Source: Mytilus trossulus (taxonomy: Eukaryota). From it: a stretch of 64,000 bases of DNA. Below are positions 39,873-55,400 of this stretch, one piece after another. The position numbers and the translations under genes are program-made. The stretch lies in the NCBI RefSeq assembly GCF_036588685.1, contig NC_086382.1, positions 46,748,001-46,812,000 on the forward strand, read 5' to 3'. Within the stretch, counting starts at the first letter, position 1, and each line of letters begins with the position of its first letter. The notes beneath the pieces are model-generated. The model saw only the letters and a list, made by a program, of their open reading frames with translations. It searched no databases and was not told the DNA's origin.

Positions 39873-40492
39873 CTAGCTTAACTTTACCAATTTTTGATAG
39901 TTTAGAAACTCTTCTTCTGTCATTTCATCGACTTCAAAGGGAAATTCGATCCATTTGCGAAAGTTTTTTTCATACTTATTTTCTGATGTGTTGTAAACTT
40001 TTATATCATCTTGTGAAAGACATAACATGTTCACATCATCTTTGGCTAGAATAACGCCCCAGTCGTGGCAACATGGACCTTCTACTTTATATTTCTTCAC
40101 AAGTCCATCAAAGAACCTGGCTTTCTTTTTTAAAGGTTTAGTTTTGATCGTATCCATTAAGTCAATATCAATGACTACACGATGACATTCAAGTAATGAC
40201 CGTAGAAAATTTCCTTTGCATATAAACATAAAACATTTACGACAATGCAATTCGAATTGTGCATTTTTTTTGGTTATTGCATTCCTTGTACTTCGTTTCA
40301 TTTCTTCCTTTTTAAGAGTATCTGTTTGGAGTTTGTCAAGTTCTTTAGCAAGAGCTTGGTTGTCGTTATTGTTAACTATCATTTCTACAGACTTATTCAT
40401 TATGTATTGTCGTTCGATATTAAGTGTTTCCTTGTGATATTGCTTAAAAGTGCCCATGATCAACCCTTTCCCTTCTTTCTTTCGTATCCTTC
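39873..40492 (-). CDS. RLR last exon: motif VI end, pincer, C-terminal RNA-binding domain
   Basis: ttgcag|GA; GRIRKKEG...HCRKC...HRVVID...CCHDWG...RKWIEFPF. Confidence 0.92.
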
Positions 40493-43400
40493 CTGCAAAA
40501 ACAAATACACATTAGTCAACTATGCAAAATATCATTTGAGAACACACACATCGGGTTTCTCTATAAATTTGAAACTGCAAAATGTTATAGGCACACTGAA
40601 TATTGCTAGAGCGTTATGTTTAAATTAAAAAATGTACCAGTGTGAAGTTACAATGGTACGGTCAAATGAAAACGCGTTTATCCGAATAAATTACCGCGTT
40701 TTGTGGCCAGGCAATATTCTTTTTCAGACTTTTTGTATTTTGAAAGAGAAAAAAAACACCCACAAAACAGATGATCCATCATCTTCTTTGCTACAAATAA
40801 CAAGCACTGTGGATTTACAAATAGCACATAAATATCCATTTGAAGCTGGCTTTTTTTTTATTAAGCAACAAACAATACATGTAAAGTTATCGATATAAAG
40901 GGAATGTTTATTATTTTTAATTTTGAGTTCTTCAATTTTATCTCGAAACCCTGTGGTGGTTATATATTTAAGATTATCCTCTGTGTCTAAAAGCAAAATT
41001 ATTTCATCTGGCAAGGAATATGAAAGAAAAAAAATGATTATTTGTCTATATTATTTATTTTTTAACAAACAAAGCATCCTAACATCATTGATAATCCCTG
41101 AAATCATATTAGAGAATATGTAGAATAATTATTAAAATGTTCAGTGATTATGTAAAATCACTGGTCATTTTCAGTGATTATGTAAAACCACTGGTCATTT
41201 TCAGGGATTATATATAATTACTAATGATTTCAGTGATTCTACATATTCCTTGAAAAATCAGTTATTCTACATAATCCCTGATTATACAAATTCACTGTAA
41301 CATATGTACAACTCGTCTAAACATCATCCAACAATGTTAGATCAGTAAATTTGCTTTCGCAAATTTTTTGTTCTTCCCTCCGACGCCGGAATTCGAACCC
41401 ATGCTACTGAGATATCGTGACATCAAATCGCTGCATATTGATTCTATAAACATTTTGATTTCCAGAATCCAGAAAGTTAATTTTTAATTTTGCACGGTAT
41501 ACTACATGAACTCTATTGTAAAAATAAAACGGATGTAATTACCTGTCATCTGTAGACTTGTGATAACGTTAGCATCTAACTTATAACGAATTGTCATGTT
41601 ACAATCTGGAATATCTATACCTTCAAATGCAACAGAAGTGGCTACGAGGCACTTGTGCATTCCACTTTGAAACCTCTCAATTACGTCGGTTTGTTCATCG
41701 ACTGATAACCCTGAAATATATAGATTTCCCGATGTCAAAGTTTTCTTATCCATACTGAATTGGTTTGATGGTATAACAAATGGTCATCCTAAATTACATT
41801 GTATTCTACAACTCTCAATTAAAATTATTGGTGTTTATCCTGAAATTGATCTTACCATTATAAAAAAATACATGATGGCAGAAAACGAAATGATCAAATT
41901 ACCGTTCAGGTGACAGTTGAATTTGATGCCGTTTTGCATTCGCCATTTTGGTTTTAGCGATTAGTGGTTTCATTCAATAACGATTCGGTGGATACACGCT
42001 TTACGTTTAAGCTCAATGTTGATTGAAGGATAAAAAAAAGCTCGGGTTCAAAGCATGCCAAATCAATTTCATAGTTTCTTACACAGTGAGAATATCAAAT
42101 ACATAATTAATGTATTGACCCAACTATGATACACATGTCAAACTTTTTCAAGTCCTTTTATTTAATTTCACTGAAAACAAGTACTGTGGATTCATTGATA
42201 TTCGTTGGAACCAATTAGTAGATTTCGTGGATACAGGGGGACTACGAACTTAAATGTTTAAAAAATGACAAATGTTCTAAAGGCGTGAATGCAGATTTTG
42301 CCTAAAACACGAAATTAAATATACATGAACAATCAAGATTACCCAATTTAAACCCACGAAAATAAATGAATCCATAGTATGTTATTCTAGCTATATCTAA
42401 TTGATTTCAATATTAATTAAAATTTTGTATGAAGATTTATCGCCTCGCTTGTTCTCAAGCATGAGAACTCAAATTTTAAAGATTTAATATACCATCGCAT
42501 TTTCCGACTGATCTGACTACGTAATATTTTTGTATCATGAACCGGATTTGAAACTCGAAACTTTAATGCAATGACGTCACGTTTTATATCAGCAACGTCA
42601 TTAAGTTCATTAGCATCAATTTGTCAATGAAATATACGCTACTTCAATGTTAATAAAATCAACAACTTTCAAACGTTCTGTAGTTTTACTTACTACTAGT
42701 ATATCATTTTACTTAATAATCTTAACCAAAGCAACATTTAGTTAACACAAATTGTCGATAGAAGGAATAATGACATTTATGTTAGGATACTGACTTCATC
42801 AGCTCAAATCTGATAAATTCCTCGGGGGTCTACTTCCTATAAACAAGGTGATAGGACGTACCGCTGCAATAGTTCACCTGTTCATGCTTTAAAATATGTG
42901 AATAGGTCCGGAAAACTGTTAGAAATATATAATAAGGTCAATAAAGTTAAGAAAACTTCGTCTGTCATCTTTCTTGGTGTTCCCGGCTGTGTTTTATCAA
43001 CCAATTTTCTCACTTTGGCATTCTACTGTTACACCACACACCAAACAAAACGCAAATAATATGAGAAAAGGTAACATTGTTTACCTACGCAATAAACGAA
43101 AAGGTATACATGTTTGATAAGGGCTGACAGTAATGATAGGTCATAGTTTGGGCTATTTCGTAGCGGGCAGTTTTCATTGGTAGAGGAAGTCTGAGAACCC
43201 GGATACAAGCATCCGCACGGTAGGGGTTTAAACTCACAACCTCGGTGTTTACCTCTTCAAAAAATGATTATGACGTTAACAATTTTCTTGCTTTCCTCTG
43301 AATTTCCCTTTGTGACATCATGAAAAAAGGTGACCATGCCTGATGACGTCACAGAGAAAGAACAAATTTTTCAGATTTTTTAGATGAAGGAATAAATTTG

Positions 43401-46400
43401 CCTGAATTTTGCATACAAAATATTAGAGAAACTGATTCCATCACCAAATTTCGTGTGATATGATATTTATTCACTCTCGACTGTTACACATTAAATATTT
43501 AAAACGCTCGGCGAGGCTCCAGATTCAGATTTAAAAATAAAATCTCGAGTGGATAAGTAACTTATCAAACTCGACACAGGGGAAGCATCTATAAAAAAAA
43601 ATCTAATTCTTCGTCAATTTATCCCTTCTTGTACGTACCTATTGTATAATCAAATTATATCAACGTGTGGTTCGTTTGATCTCAGTTCTTCATTGGTTAC
43701 AATTCGATTATGACGTCGATTTGTCTTGCTTTCCTCTAAATTTCCTATTGTAACGACATGATTTTTTTATACCATGGGTGCAGAAAGGGATAAATTGACG
43801 AAGAATTTAAGGGCGACCATGCTTGATGACGTCACGTAGAATGCTTGATGACATCACGTAGAAAGAGCAAATCTTTTTGCAGATCACTCGAATAGAGGTA
43901 AACATTTTGCCTGCTTATTATTTGAACAACATTAGAGAAACAGCCTTGCGTTTTAAATTTGAAAATGTAACTGTCTCGAGTGGGTAAATATCGTATCACA
44001 CTCGATGCAGAAGTAGATAAAATTGAGAATGGAAATGGGGAATGTATCAAAGAGACAACAACCCGACCATAAAAAAAAACAGCAGAAGGTCACCAACAGG
44101 TCTTCAATGTAACGAGAAATACCCGCATCCGGAGGCGTCCTTCAGCTGGCCCCTAAACAAATATATACTAGTTCAGTGATAATGAACGCCATACTAATTT
44201 CCAAATTGTACACAAGAAACTGTTTATCTTTAATTTGTGTACCTCCCTGTTCTTCTGAAATACAGCTACCAGTTAAATGGTGACTATGTAAGATATCCGG
44301 AAGTTTGTCTGCAAGTTTTATTGCTGTCATTCTTCGTTTCACAAAAATAAGAAATCTTGAGTTTTTGCCCCTTTCTTTGAACTCATCTTCCAACTCTTGT
44401 ATCACCTTGTTAATATCGGGATTCGATTTTTCGTCTTCAGGTATCCCATTTATTACTTCTATATACAGTATAAAACAATATTATGGTATGTATGGCAATA
44501 TAATATTGTTACATTCTTTTCTGTATTACATAATATAGTAGTTTTGACTAGATACTCTGAGCTACTTCCAGCAATCTCAGATACACAGACACGTAAGAAA
44601 CATATAATGATTTGACTATTATGATAATGTTGCTTTGATTACATTGCTATGTAATTGTTTGTATCTTATACTGTTTGTATAGTGGAAACTTTTTCTATAA
44701 CATCTAAAACAATAGAAAAAAAACTTCTTTTTTTGGTGGTGCCTGTAGAAAACTCAATTATGTTTGTATAGTCGAAATGAAAATGTATTAGTCTTGTAGA
44801 TAAAAATACACCAGGTGCCAATTTGGAGAAGGATCTGTATACTTTTCCAGAGCAAAAAGGATCATCCCCGTTTTTTTGTGGGGTTCGTGTCGTTCAGTCT
44901 TTAGTTTTCCAGTTTGTTTGACAGCAATGTTTCAGGTAAGGGGCGTTGGGAACTCTCACTGTTAAAATTATAAATTTTTTTGAAATACGAGGATTTAACA
45001 AGATCATGTAGTGTAGAAGCTAACGATTGATTTAATGAGACTATAAAACTATGAAAAAACATAAACACAAAATATACTAATTATATCATAAGGGAAAGGC
45101 CATGGGAGCTCAGACAATGTGCTCACTTGGTGAATTCGAAAAATTTCATTGATGTTTCCTTTTTTTGGTAAAATATACAATAAATATAGTTACCTTGCAT
45201 AATTGTAACTAATTCTTTCTCCTGCTCATGACAATCTGTTTGGCTTTCATGCTCAAACGATTCGCATTCTTTTTGCAATTCTTCCTTCACATCTTTATAT
45301 TCGAGAGTTTCGTTTGTACCATAGGCTTGTAAATACACCTGTCAGTAATCAAAAGAAAAATTAAAACTTTTGAAAGTGTGAGCGGTATCATGACCTCGCT
45401 TGATGGTTATGTAAACTTGCAACCCTTCTTTTTCATCATCTTTGACTTTAGTAATTTTTTATCTAGGTTATATAGGACGGGTTTTCCATTCTTAAAGGGA
45501 ACAATCTTTCCTTCGCTTATACTTGAATCGGCTAATGGGTTTAGTACAAACTGTTATTGATATTTCTAAATTAAGGTACTAACCTCTATATTCCTAAAAC
45601 AGGCATGAAGAAAACGCTTTATTTTATAAGCCCTGCTTTCAGTCTCTAAAGCAGAAAAATCCATTTCCTCTAGTTTCAATTTAGTTCTCTGCAGCCAGTT
45701 CAAGTACCTCATTGATGAACGATCTGGTGGTGGAGTGTTTATATCTTTCCATAAATGTGAATCAGTGTTCAATATATCAAAATCAAATTTTACTGAAAAT
45801 TTAGTAAACATTTGTTATACATAAGCAGTTATAGACCATCACATCTGCTTTTTGCACCATGTACACAGTTCGTTTTGTATCACAAGCCCAGTAGTCAGAA
45901 CTGCTTGTGCAGAAATAGTTTATCATTGATATTGTTATATTTAAAAATTAACTGTTTACAAAATTTAGATTTTTTTTGAAATACTTTTGCTTTTCTACCT
46001 GAGGCATAGATTACCTTAGCTGTATTTGGCAAAACCTTTAGGAAATTTGGTCCTTTATGCTCTCCAACTTCGTACTTTATTTGGCCTTTTTAATTTTTTT
46101 GGATTCGAGCGTCACTGATGAGTCTTTTTGTAGACGAAACGCCGGTTTGTCGTTTTTATAAAATTTAGTTCTTGTATCTATGATGAGTTTATTTGTAGAA
46201 ATATTTTTCGATTATCGTCTTGTTTGTGCTTTTTTTTTTTTTTTTTTAACTGCAGATAGAATAATGCAGTTTAAACGATAGTCTTTTTGCATCAACTATA
46301 TAATAGTTATGTCACATATTGAATATAAAATACATTTAAAAAGTTTGTAGACCGCACTTGTTTTATGTTTAATAAGTGTTATTTTCTCGTTAACAACAAA

Positions 46401-49400
46401 CAAAGATTGACATCTACTAGTAGTGTATGATTCTATATCAAATGAATATATTCGTTGTCACAAGCATCATCAGATCATTTGTATGATCACATGATAGAAC
46501 ACATGTATATATAATCACTGCTTGGGATCAGATGGATAAAACTGTTGTAGAGTCGTCACTGGTTCAGACTTACTTATAATATAATTATTTCTGTGACTGC
46601 ATATAAATATATCTAAAAAAAAGTGCTACCAAATGCACAAAAAAGACAGGCACATATCGTAAAGAAAAGACTAACCACTGTCAGCTTGCATTTTCCTTTC
46701 TACCTGTTTTATTGCAGAGATTATATTTTTAATAACAGGGTCATCATCTCTCGAAACTACTGGAAGATTTTCTACAAGGATAAAGTATATCAATGAAACA
46801 AAAGTTAAGGATGTTTGCTACTCTGTTTAAAAATAACAAGCTTTTTAAAAGACTGTTATTAATTGATAGTATATAAATAAACAAACTAAAAAAGCAGAAA
46901 AAAATAGAGGGTCCGTGAACTTGTTTTCAAGATATGAGACATTGAAAATTTGGCGGGAAATAATTCTCTCTAGATTTTTCTTTCACTTAACATTGGCAAT
47001 TTTTAGTTTAAAAAACTATTAAAAAATAACAAGGATTTGATAAGATTTGGAAATATGGCTTTTTAAAAAATATGTAATAAAAATATGAAAAGAAAAGTAG
47101 GGGTTAGTGGGCAATCTTTTTAAATGATAATACATGGATAAAACCAGAGGATTCTGAAAATCTGACAAAAATTCAAAAAATAAAGGAGCAAACATCCTTA
47201 AGATATGAAAACTTATAAAGGTTAGCACAAATTGTAACAAGCTTACTGTTGCTACATTATGGAAGAATGATCAGTATTTATTATGGTATTTTTTTTTGGT
47301 TTAATATGAACTCGTTTATGTAGTATACTCTACTTGCACTGGACCAATACAGCTGCAGGTTGACTTCTAGTCAACGAATGTGTCATCAGCTCAGCAGTAA
47401 GAGTTTCTGGCTTTTCTCAAATGCTTTTTTGATCAAATAACACATTTTGTTGAAACTAAGGTTCCACCTCCTTCGCGGTTAGTTGACCTTGGATGAATGT
47501 TGTTATACATTTGTGGTACCGTTTTGGTCCCATAGCTGTTTACCTCTTATGTATTCATACATTCTGGCTTCCATAATTTGAGTTAAAGAGTTCCTGTATA
47601 AGTTGATTCTAGAAAAACGATTCGAACGCTATATTATAGGTAATCCTATATAAGTACATAGAAAAGATACGTACCCTTTGTTGGTGTGTCAAAGCGTTGT
47701 TCATAATCCTCTTTTTCTTTCACTACAGTAGACAGTTTAACGACATCGAGGTTTGCCATTAGTATTTTTACATGTTCCACAGCTTCATCTTCATTTTTTG
47801 ATGTATATATGTTTGGAGAAGCTGTCATTCCAAGGGTCTGATCAAAAGATTAGAATAATTAACAATAATGTGACAACTAATGAATAGTTTTCGTAAATAA
47901 AAGAATTAATTAGATATCGCACCTTAACTGTTAACAATTTAAATAGTTTACAGCTTATTACAAAATATAAGTTAAATATATTATACCATGACATTTGATT
48001 ATACAGTTGTAAATAGTTATCAAAGGTACCAGGATTATAATTTAGTACGTAAGTCTATTACACAGCCAGCTAATACATATACAGATACCCCTTCATCTGG
48101 ATGAATATAAAAATACACGTGGTCTGTTTGCTAATAAGAAGACCGGAGACCGGAGACCAATTGACGCAGTATTCACCACCCGGCAATCAACAATGAACAA
48201 AGCTTATACCATGGGTTCAACTCATCAGATAGACACAAAACTCAAAAAGAAATACGATACCAACAACCATAAGGATACAAATTATTGATATTAGCGTATT
48301 TCAAGTTACCGAAAGCTACTACAATGTCAAAAACAACTTCTAAAAGTAATGTATCCTAGTTAAACATATACATTAGTCGTTGTTCTCCTCTTATATTTAA
48401 TGCGTTTCCATCGGTTTTAGTTTGTTACCCCGATTTTGTTTTTTGTCCATGGATTTATGAATTTTGAACAGCGGTATACTACTGTTGTCTATATACATCA
48501 TTACACATATATACGGGCACTGTTAACAACATCACCACCAATAATAGGATATGATATTCCGTGTGTGATAAGTTATCAATCTATACAACCAAACTTCCAA
48601 AACCAAGTTATCTGTGGTAACAAACATCTGACTTATCTATTTATCACTAATACATTGATTGCGTTCATTAAAATCTATATATTCACTAGATTCTGGCATT
48701 GTAAAAGAGTTGTTTACACCGCGAAATAAGACCAAATGAACATCATTATATAATGAAGGGAACGTAAATATCTTCCCTTTAGTAACATTGGTTACAGGCT
48801 GGTATTCGAGCTGATGAAGTCAGTATCAAAGATAAAATGTGTTTTAGTTAAGAATGTAAACAAAAATGAAGTAATACATAAAACTACTTTTAGGTATTCA
48901 AAACATTGTGTTAGTAGTTTGGTATGAATGAACATGGACACACAACGTTGTTGCACTTAGATGTGGCGTCAATGTCTAATAATTTCAAATAGCATGTCCT
49001 CTCCATGATCGAAACAAATAAAATACAGTACGATCAAAAGACAAATGTAGAAATAGCCAATAGTATTGTAGTCCTTGAAAACTGTGAACTCAAACTAAAA
49101 GAAATTGCAGACAAATGCCGTCTGAATAACATTTCAACCACTAAACTCGATTACACTTGGCTTCTACTTAAAGTTTATAATCTTATGTCTATTGGGTAAT
49201 TCATAATAATGAATTGAGAAAAAATAAAGAGTGGTGAATACGACAAATGTCATTCTTTATTGACTATATAAATGTCTCATAAAACATCTTGAATTCTGGA
49301 TTTGAAAAATACGATGCTGCCTGTATAAGAAATGTATTTTATTTAGCTTTTACAAACCGCTGTAAGTCAGGCTAAGATAAAGGGGGAACAATTGATAACA

Positions 49401-52400
49401 TAAAATTTTCTAAAAAGGTCATCAATGTTTTTTCTCACCTGAGGTAGGATAGAATTTGGTGTGGTACTCTGGAATTTTTTAAGGCGATAGAATCCCATAA
49501 CATTGTTGTATGCATCAAATCCCATTGTATGATGACACTCATCGAATACAAGAAGAGTAAATTCGTCAATATTGACTTTCAAATCATCATTTCTACTAAG
49601 GTTATTCACAAATAACTGTGGGGTCATGAAGAATACATTGTATACTTTCATCACATTGGAAAATGTGTATTCTGTTCGATCTTCATCGGCTCTCAAACAA
49701 AATAAATCTATCTGAAATGAAAAAAAATATTAACAAGAATGTGTCCATAGTACACGGATGCCTCACTCGCACTATCATTTTATATGTGTAGTGTACCGTG
49801 AAATTTGGGTAAAGTACTCTAATTAGGCATTTAAATTACAAAGATCATATTATAGGGAACATGTATACTAAGTTTCAAGTTGATTGAACTTCCAACTTCA
49901 TCAAAAACTACCTTGACCAAAAACTTTAACCTGAAATTTGCACTTTCATTTTGTATGTTCAGTTAACCGTGAAATTGGAGTCAAAACTCTAATTTGGCAT
50001 TAAAATTAGAAGGATCATAACATAGGGAAAATGTGTACTAAGTTTTAAGTTGATTAAACTTCAACTTCATCAAAAACTACCTTGACCAAAAACTTTAATC
50101 TGAAGCGGGACAGACGGACGAACGAACGGACGGACGGACGAACGAACCCACAGACCAGAAAACATAATGCCCCTCTACTATCGTAGGTGAGGCATAAAAA
50201 TCACAATTAGTAGTTATTAGCTCTTCGCTGGTTTTTAAAATTTGTTCAGTATTACTATTTTAACCTCAGGCTGTGACTTTTTCATTGCTCACTGAAAAGT
50301 GCATTCATATCAGACAACGCTTTTCGGTTTTTTTCTGTACTACGGGCAGATATATTTGATGATGTTGCGGAAACAAACCTAAAATGCATAAAGAGCAACA
50401 CTTCTTTTCTCTTATCGTAATACCGTATAGCGGGTTATTTTCGCGGGGTGCAAATTTTCGCTTATTTTCGCGGATAGAACAAAATCGCCAAAATAAATTC
50501 CACCAAATTAAAGGTGTACATACAAAGGTATGGATAAAAGTTTTAAATCCGCCAAAATAATAACCGCCAAAATATTTCGTATACCTTGTTCAATGAAAAT
50601 CGCGAAATTTTACACCCGCGAAAATAACCCGCTATACGGTAGTTGTATACTAGTAGTCTCATTTGTGATTATACCCATACGAGTTGAACATACTTCTAAA
50701 TGAAACTATTACACTAAATATAAATCTATGTGACTAATAATAACTTAGATTTTGTCGGCATATACATTGTTGTAGTTTTTTTCATACTATTATATATAAA
50801 AAAATGAATATATACCGCCTTCCGAAAAGTATATCTGTCTTTCATTTTGTTTATTTTTTAAGATACTAACATAGAAATATTACGAATATTTTTCAATTGT
50901 ACTAGCCACAATCCCGTCCTTCTTTCCTCATTTGTCATATCACCAAATCACTTGTCACAGAATTTATTCTTATCATTAACAACACTACGGGTGTCAGAAG
51001 TGCAGCAGGATCTGCTTCCAGACTGCCTGACATGTTGGGGTTCGTGTTGCTCAGTTTTCGTTTGTCTATGTAGTGTGTAGTAGACTATGGGTTTGTCGAA
51101 CCGTTAATTTTCAATTTTTTCAATGGCGTTGTCAGTTCAAGTTTGTCTCTTTTCTTTTTCTGTCTATTTTTTCAGTTCAGGTAAATTTTCGTTTTTTGTA
51201 TGGAAAGAATGTTAACCTGTTCAGATATTTCCATGCCATCTTCCTATTTATTTTCTCCAAGTTTTGTTGCCAAATGTCTTCCTGCATAAGGCTTATTGTT
51301 GCGGTATGGCATGGTTACAATGGGAAATCTAGTGACAAAATAGTATCTCCCAAAGGTAGTCTCTTCAGTTGTGTTGGGGATAGAACAGCATTTACAAATG
51401 TATGCAGCTAGATTAGAAAAAGTCAGGGCAAAAAGTCAAAAGGAATCGATTGATGTGCATAAAAGATTGACACTTTCGAATTAAGTTACTAAGCAAATTC
51501 AAACGGATCTATATAATCTCGATTTTTTTATCAACATGCAGCAAAGATTGACCTTTTTTTTTTAATTTCAGTTTCTCAAGCTTCTAATGCAATTATCTCG
51601 ATAAATACTGAACATTGTGTATTTGCATGTATATTTCTAAAATCACAGTTTAACAAATAATTCCTTTACAATGTACAATTATTGTTTAGAAATAAATTTT
51701 GATCAGTATTGTCACAAGCATTGTTTTATAATGGACTTGCTTGACTATAACATAAGACGAGTGATGTATATACCTATAGTATTGAATCGTCTTAAAAGCT
51801 GAAGAATTCTATAGATAGTTCTTGATGTCTCAACCATTTCAAATACCATATAACTGTAAAAATTCGTCTTTGCGAAATTGATAGAATGATTTCTGCACAT
51901 TTGCCTGAATAAACCTCGAATATAATGTTTTAGAGGTATCTCCGCTTGTTCATGCTCTGAGGCTTAAAGTAAATTTACATTATTGAACTAAGATTGTATT
52001 GTATGTGTTTTAATTCACTAGTCATAGTTATGTTCAATGATCATTTAAACATATGTGTACCTTTTTATTATTGAGAAAAAAATCTTGTGCTCTTTGAAAC
52101 TGTTGATCCAGCAACAGATTCGTTCTTGCAGTAAACAATACTTTACCTATAAAGATATGTTTAAGATAACAAATAATTAAAACCGTAATATCTAGCATTA
52201 TAAAAACTTCCTTGGAAATAAGAGTAATATTCGAAATAAGTGTAATAAAATAATTTTATCTATAATCATTATTATCATCAGTTTGTTATTCTATTGATAT
52301 GGGGTTATTTTCTTTACCTGTGTATCTTATTGTAAATGGCGAATTTTTGTATAAGGTTATTGCACCCCTTTATTTTATTGATTTTGTATTTACATTGTAT

Positions 52401-55400
52401 CAAAGATCAAACTTTTTCGTCACACTATTGTTTCGAATAAGGGTAAAAGTGTGGTACCTATTAAATGTTTAAACCCGCTGCAATTGTTTGCACCTATCCT
52501 AAGTCAGGAATCTGATGTTCAGTAGTTGACGTTTGTTGATGTGGTTCATTCGTGTTTTTCGTTTCTCGTTTGTTATATATATTATACCGTTGGGTTCCCG
52601 CATTTTACACTAGTAATTTTGGGGCCCTTTACAGCTGGCTTGTACGGTGTGAACCAAGACTCCATTTTGAAGACCTTACTTGTACCTATAATGGTTTACT
52701 TTTATAAATTGTGACTTGGATGGAGGGTTGTCACATTGGCCCTCCTACCACCTCTTCTAAATCTAATTATGTTGCACATGCATATCAGATATTTCCTTAT
52801 ACCATAAATTAGTTATTATTTATGGGATACCAATTTTCATGAATTTTCCTCTCAGATTTTCCGGGGTGTTTTTATCACAAAAAGATCCAAAGGAAGTTGT
52901 AATGATGAAGTCGAAAACATTTCTTAGAATATTTTATGCAGGCTATCATGACTGCGACAATGATGAAATTGTTCTTCTTGCAATCCCAACTATCCGATTT
53001 TTCTTTCTTTGTTCATGACTTATCACCTTTGACCTATGACTGTTTATCGTATACTTTGTATCTTCCTTTTTTTGTATGGTTCAAATAAAGACCTGAAATA
53101 AGACAATACTGACGCTTGCTATTTTTAATCTATACTAAATTAATTAAAATAATATTACCTTCAGGACTTTTATACAATACTGAGTCTTTCTGATTAAAAT
53201 TCAAATATTTTACCTTCGGGATTTTTTTCAAGATGTTCAGCAATTACTGTAAATGCTATCAAAGTTTTTCCAGCATTTGTTCTTGCATATACTATTGTAT
53301 TTTCTCCCGAAAGTGGTATTTCCAATAGCTCTCGTTGGAATGGATACAGCTGCTTCGAAACCATTGTTGATTGAAGTTGGAAAATGGAGGATTTAGCATT
53401 TTCTAAAATAAAATATCAATGATAACACGTTAAGAAAAGAGGGACGAAAGATACCAAAGGGATAATCAAACTCATAAATCTAAAACAAACTGACAACGCC
53501 ATGGCTAAAAATGAAATAGACAAACAGAAAAACAATAGTACACATGACAAAACATAGAAAACTAAGGAAATAACGAACCCCACCAAAAACTAGGGGTGAT
53601 CTCAGGTGCTCCGGAAGGGTAAGCAGATCCTGCTCCACATGTGGCACCCGTCGTGTGGCTTATGTGATTACAAATACGGTAAATAGTCTAATTCGGTAGG
53701 TCACATTCATAGGTATATGTATTATGCAGTTTTATGTATAATCATTTCCTCAATGGTTGCATAATTTTGTGGCACAGAAGAAGAACTTATTTTCCAGTAT
53801 ATATTTTTACCAAGGCTATGTTTTAAATGTTTGTCAATTTTCTTACAACGCAGTATCACAGCTATATTGGTTTGCTCTGAGGTTCTTAGTATAAATCGAA
53901 TGTTTTAATATGTAACAAAAATTTAGTAATTTGAGTATTTATCTAACATTTGAATAAGACAGAAAATAACAGAAAACGCAATGTTTTCAAAATACAAGTA
54001 TAGTTATGAATTATAATATAACCAGTTTCCACATTAAACATAACTATAAATCATTTTAAAACTTGTGTTCGTGATATTGACATTTTGTTCACTTTTAGGT
54101 CCATCTCGTATGGTTCCTGTAAAGTACTTATGATATCAGTTCTACAGTTTATAATACTTTGCCACATCATTCTGTTTATACTGGTGTTATTTGTGAATTT
54201 GTGTTGAACTTGTTGAACATGAAGAGTTAGATATTTTAGGGAGTGGATGTCTTAAATAATCAACATTAATGAATAAATTTAGTATTTTTGCAAATACATA
54301 CATGTATAGGAAACAGATTATTTTGTCAATGAAACAAAATACTCAAAAGATGCAAGATTTGTCGTTTAGTCACAGTGATCGTAAAATTAAAAAAGCAGTT
54401 ATTATCTCAGTTTTCCCTGTTTGACAATTTATTTATAATACTACGTTTTACACATTCCAAAGCAGTTTGGAAACTAATGTTTTAACATAAGCGAAGTAAT
54501 GAATAATTATCATGATAAGACATATAGTTTACCTTCAATGTACTTCATAATTTTTGACGAAGGACCTATTTTAACTCCCATTCTTTGTAAATCCTCTCCC
54601 TTCAATGTCCAAAAACTATCTATGTCAACCTGCAAGGTATTTTACAAAATGAATAAGGACCTTTCCGTTTCGAATTTTTCTCGGAGTTCAATATTTTTGC
54701 GATATGACCTTTTTTGAACAATTTGATGTGAGCTCCATAAATTTCCAAATGATAGATTGAACCTGAATATACCTAACCCGTTGCAGGTGCATACCCTAAG
54801 TTTGATAGATAAGCATCAAAATTACCTAAATAAGAGATACAAGGTGGGCATGTATATTTGCAGCCAATTTGATTGTATCGGCTGTACACCTTGTGTACAA
54901 ATTGACCAATCCGTTGTTATAAGTATTCCAAGTGTTTTGAGAATTCAATGAGTTTAATAATATAGCTACTTTCGGACTAACATATTGCAATTTTGGTCGT
55001 GTACTTCATAATTTTGTCTGCTGATAATGCTACGATTTGAATCTCCAAATTTCTTTGCGATAAATACAATCTGCAATAGTTGTATAACCACGCAGAGTCT
55101 GCTTTATTTCCTAATAATATCCAGTATACTGTATGTTAAACAAGATGCATTATTAGCCATGATTTTGATGTTTTACTATCTAAATTTGTAACACGGCATT
55201 ATTATCCGAATTGAAAAGAGTCATCTTGCAACGAAATATTTTACTCCATAAGTATAACCTAGTCTTGTGGATGAGCCTTCGGGTTTTTTTTGTTTTTTTG
55301 TTTTATTCATTAGAAAATAGTACTCATAAGCAACACGACTTTGTCACGAATGAATTTATCAGATTTTTGCAATGCTGAGTATATTGCTTCTACCGGTAAA

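Noticed and set aside
40216-40628. + strand ORFs over the RLR last exon (similarly 44305-44538 and 57128-57482)
   Set aside because: Antisense shadows of real exons.
39873-53402. Dicer or FANCM identity for the helicase
   Set aside because: No DUF283/PAZ/RNase III domains; the protein ends in an RLR CTD (CxxC...CxHDWG).
54050-54250. Open frame on the minus strand between the SAM and Q-motif exons
   Set aside because: No convincing donor, and the flanking exons already join in phase.
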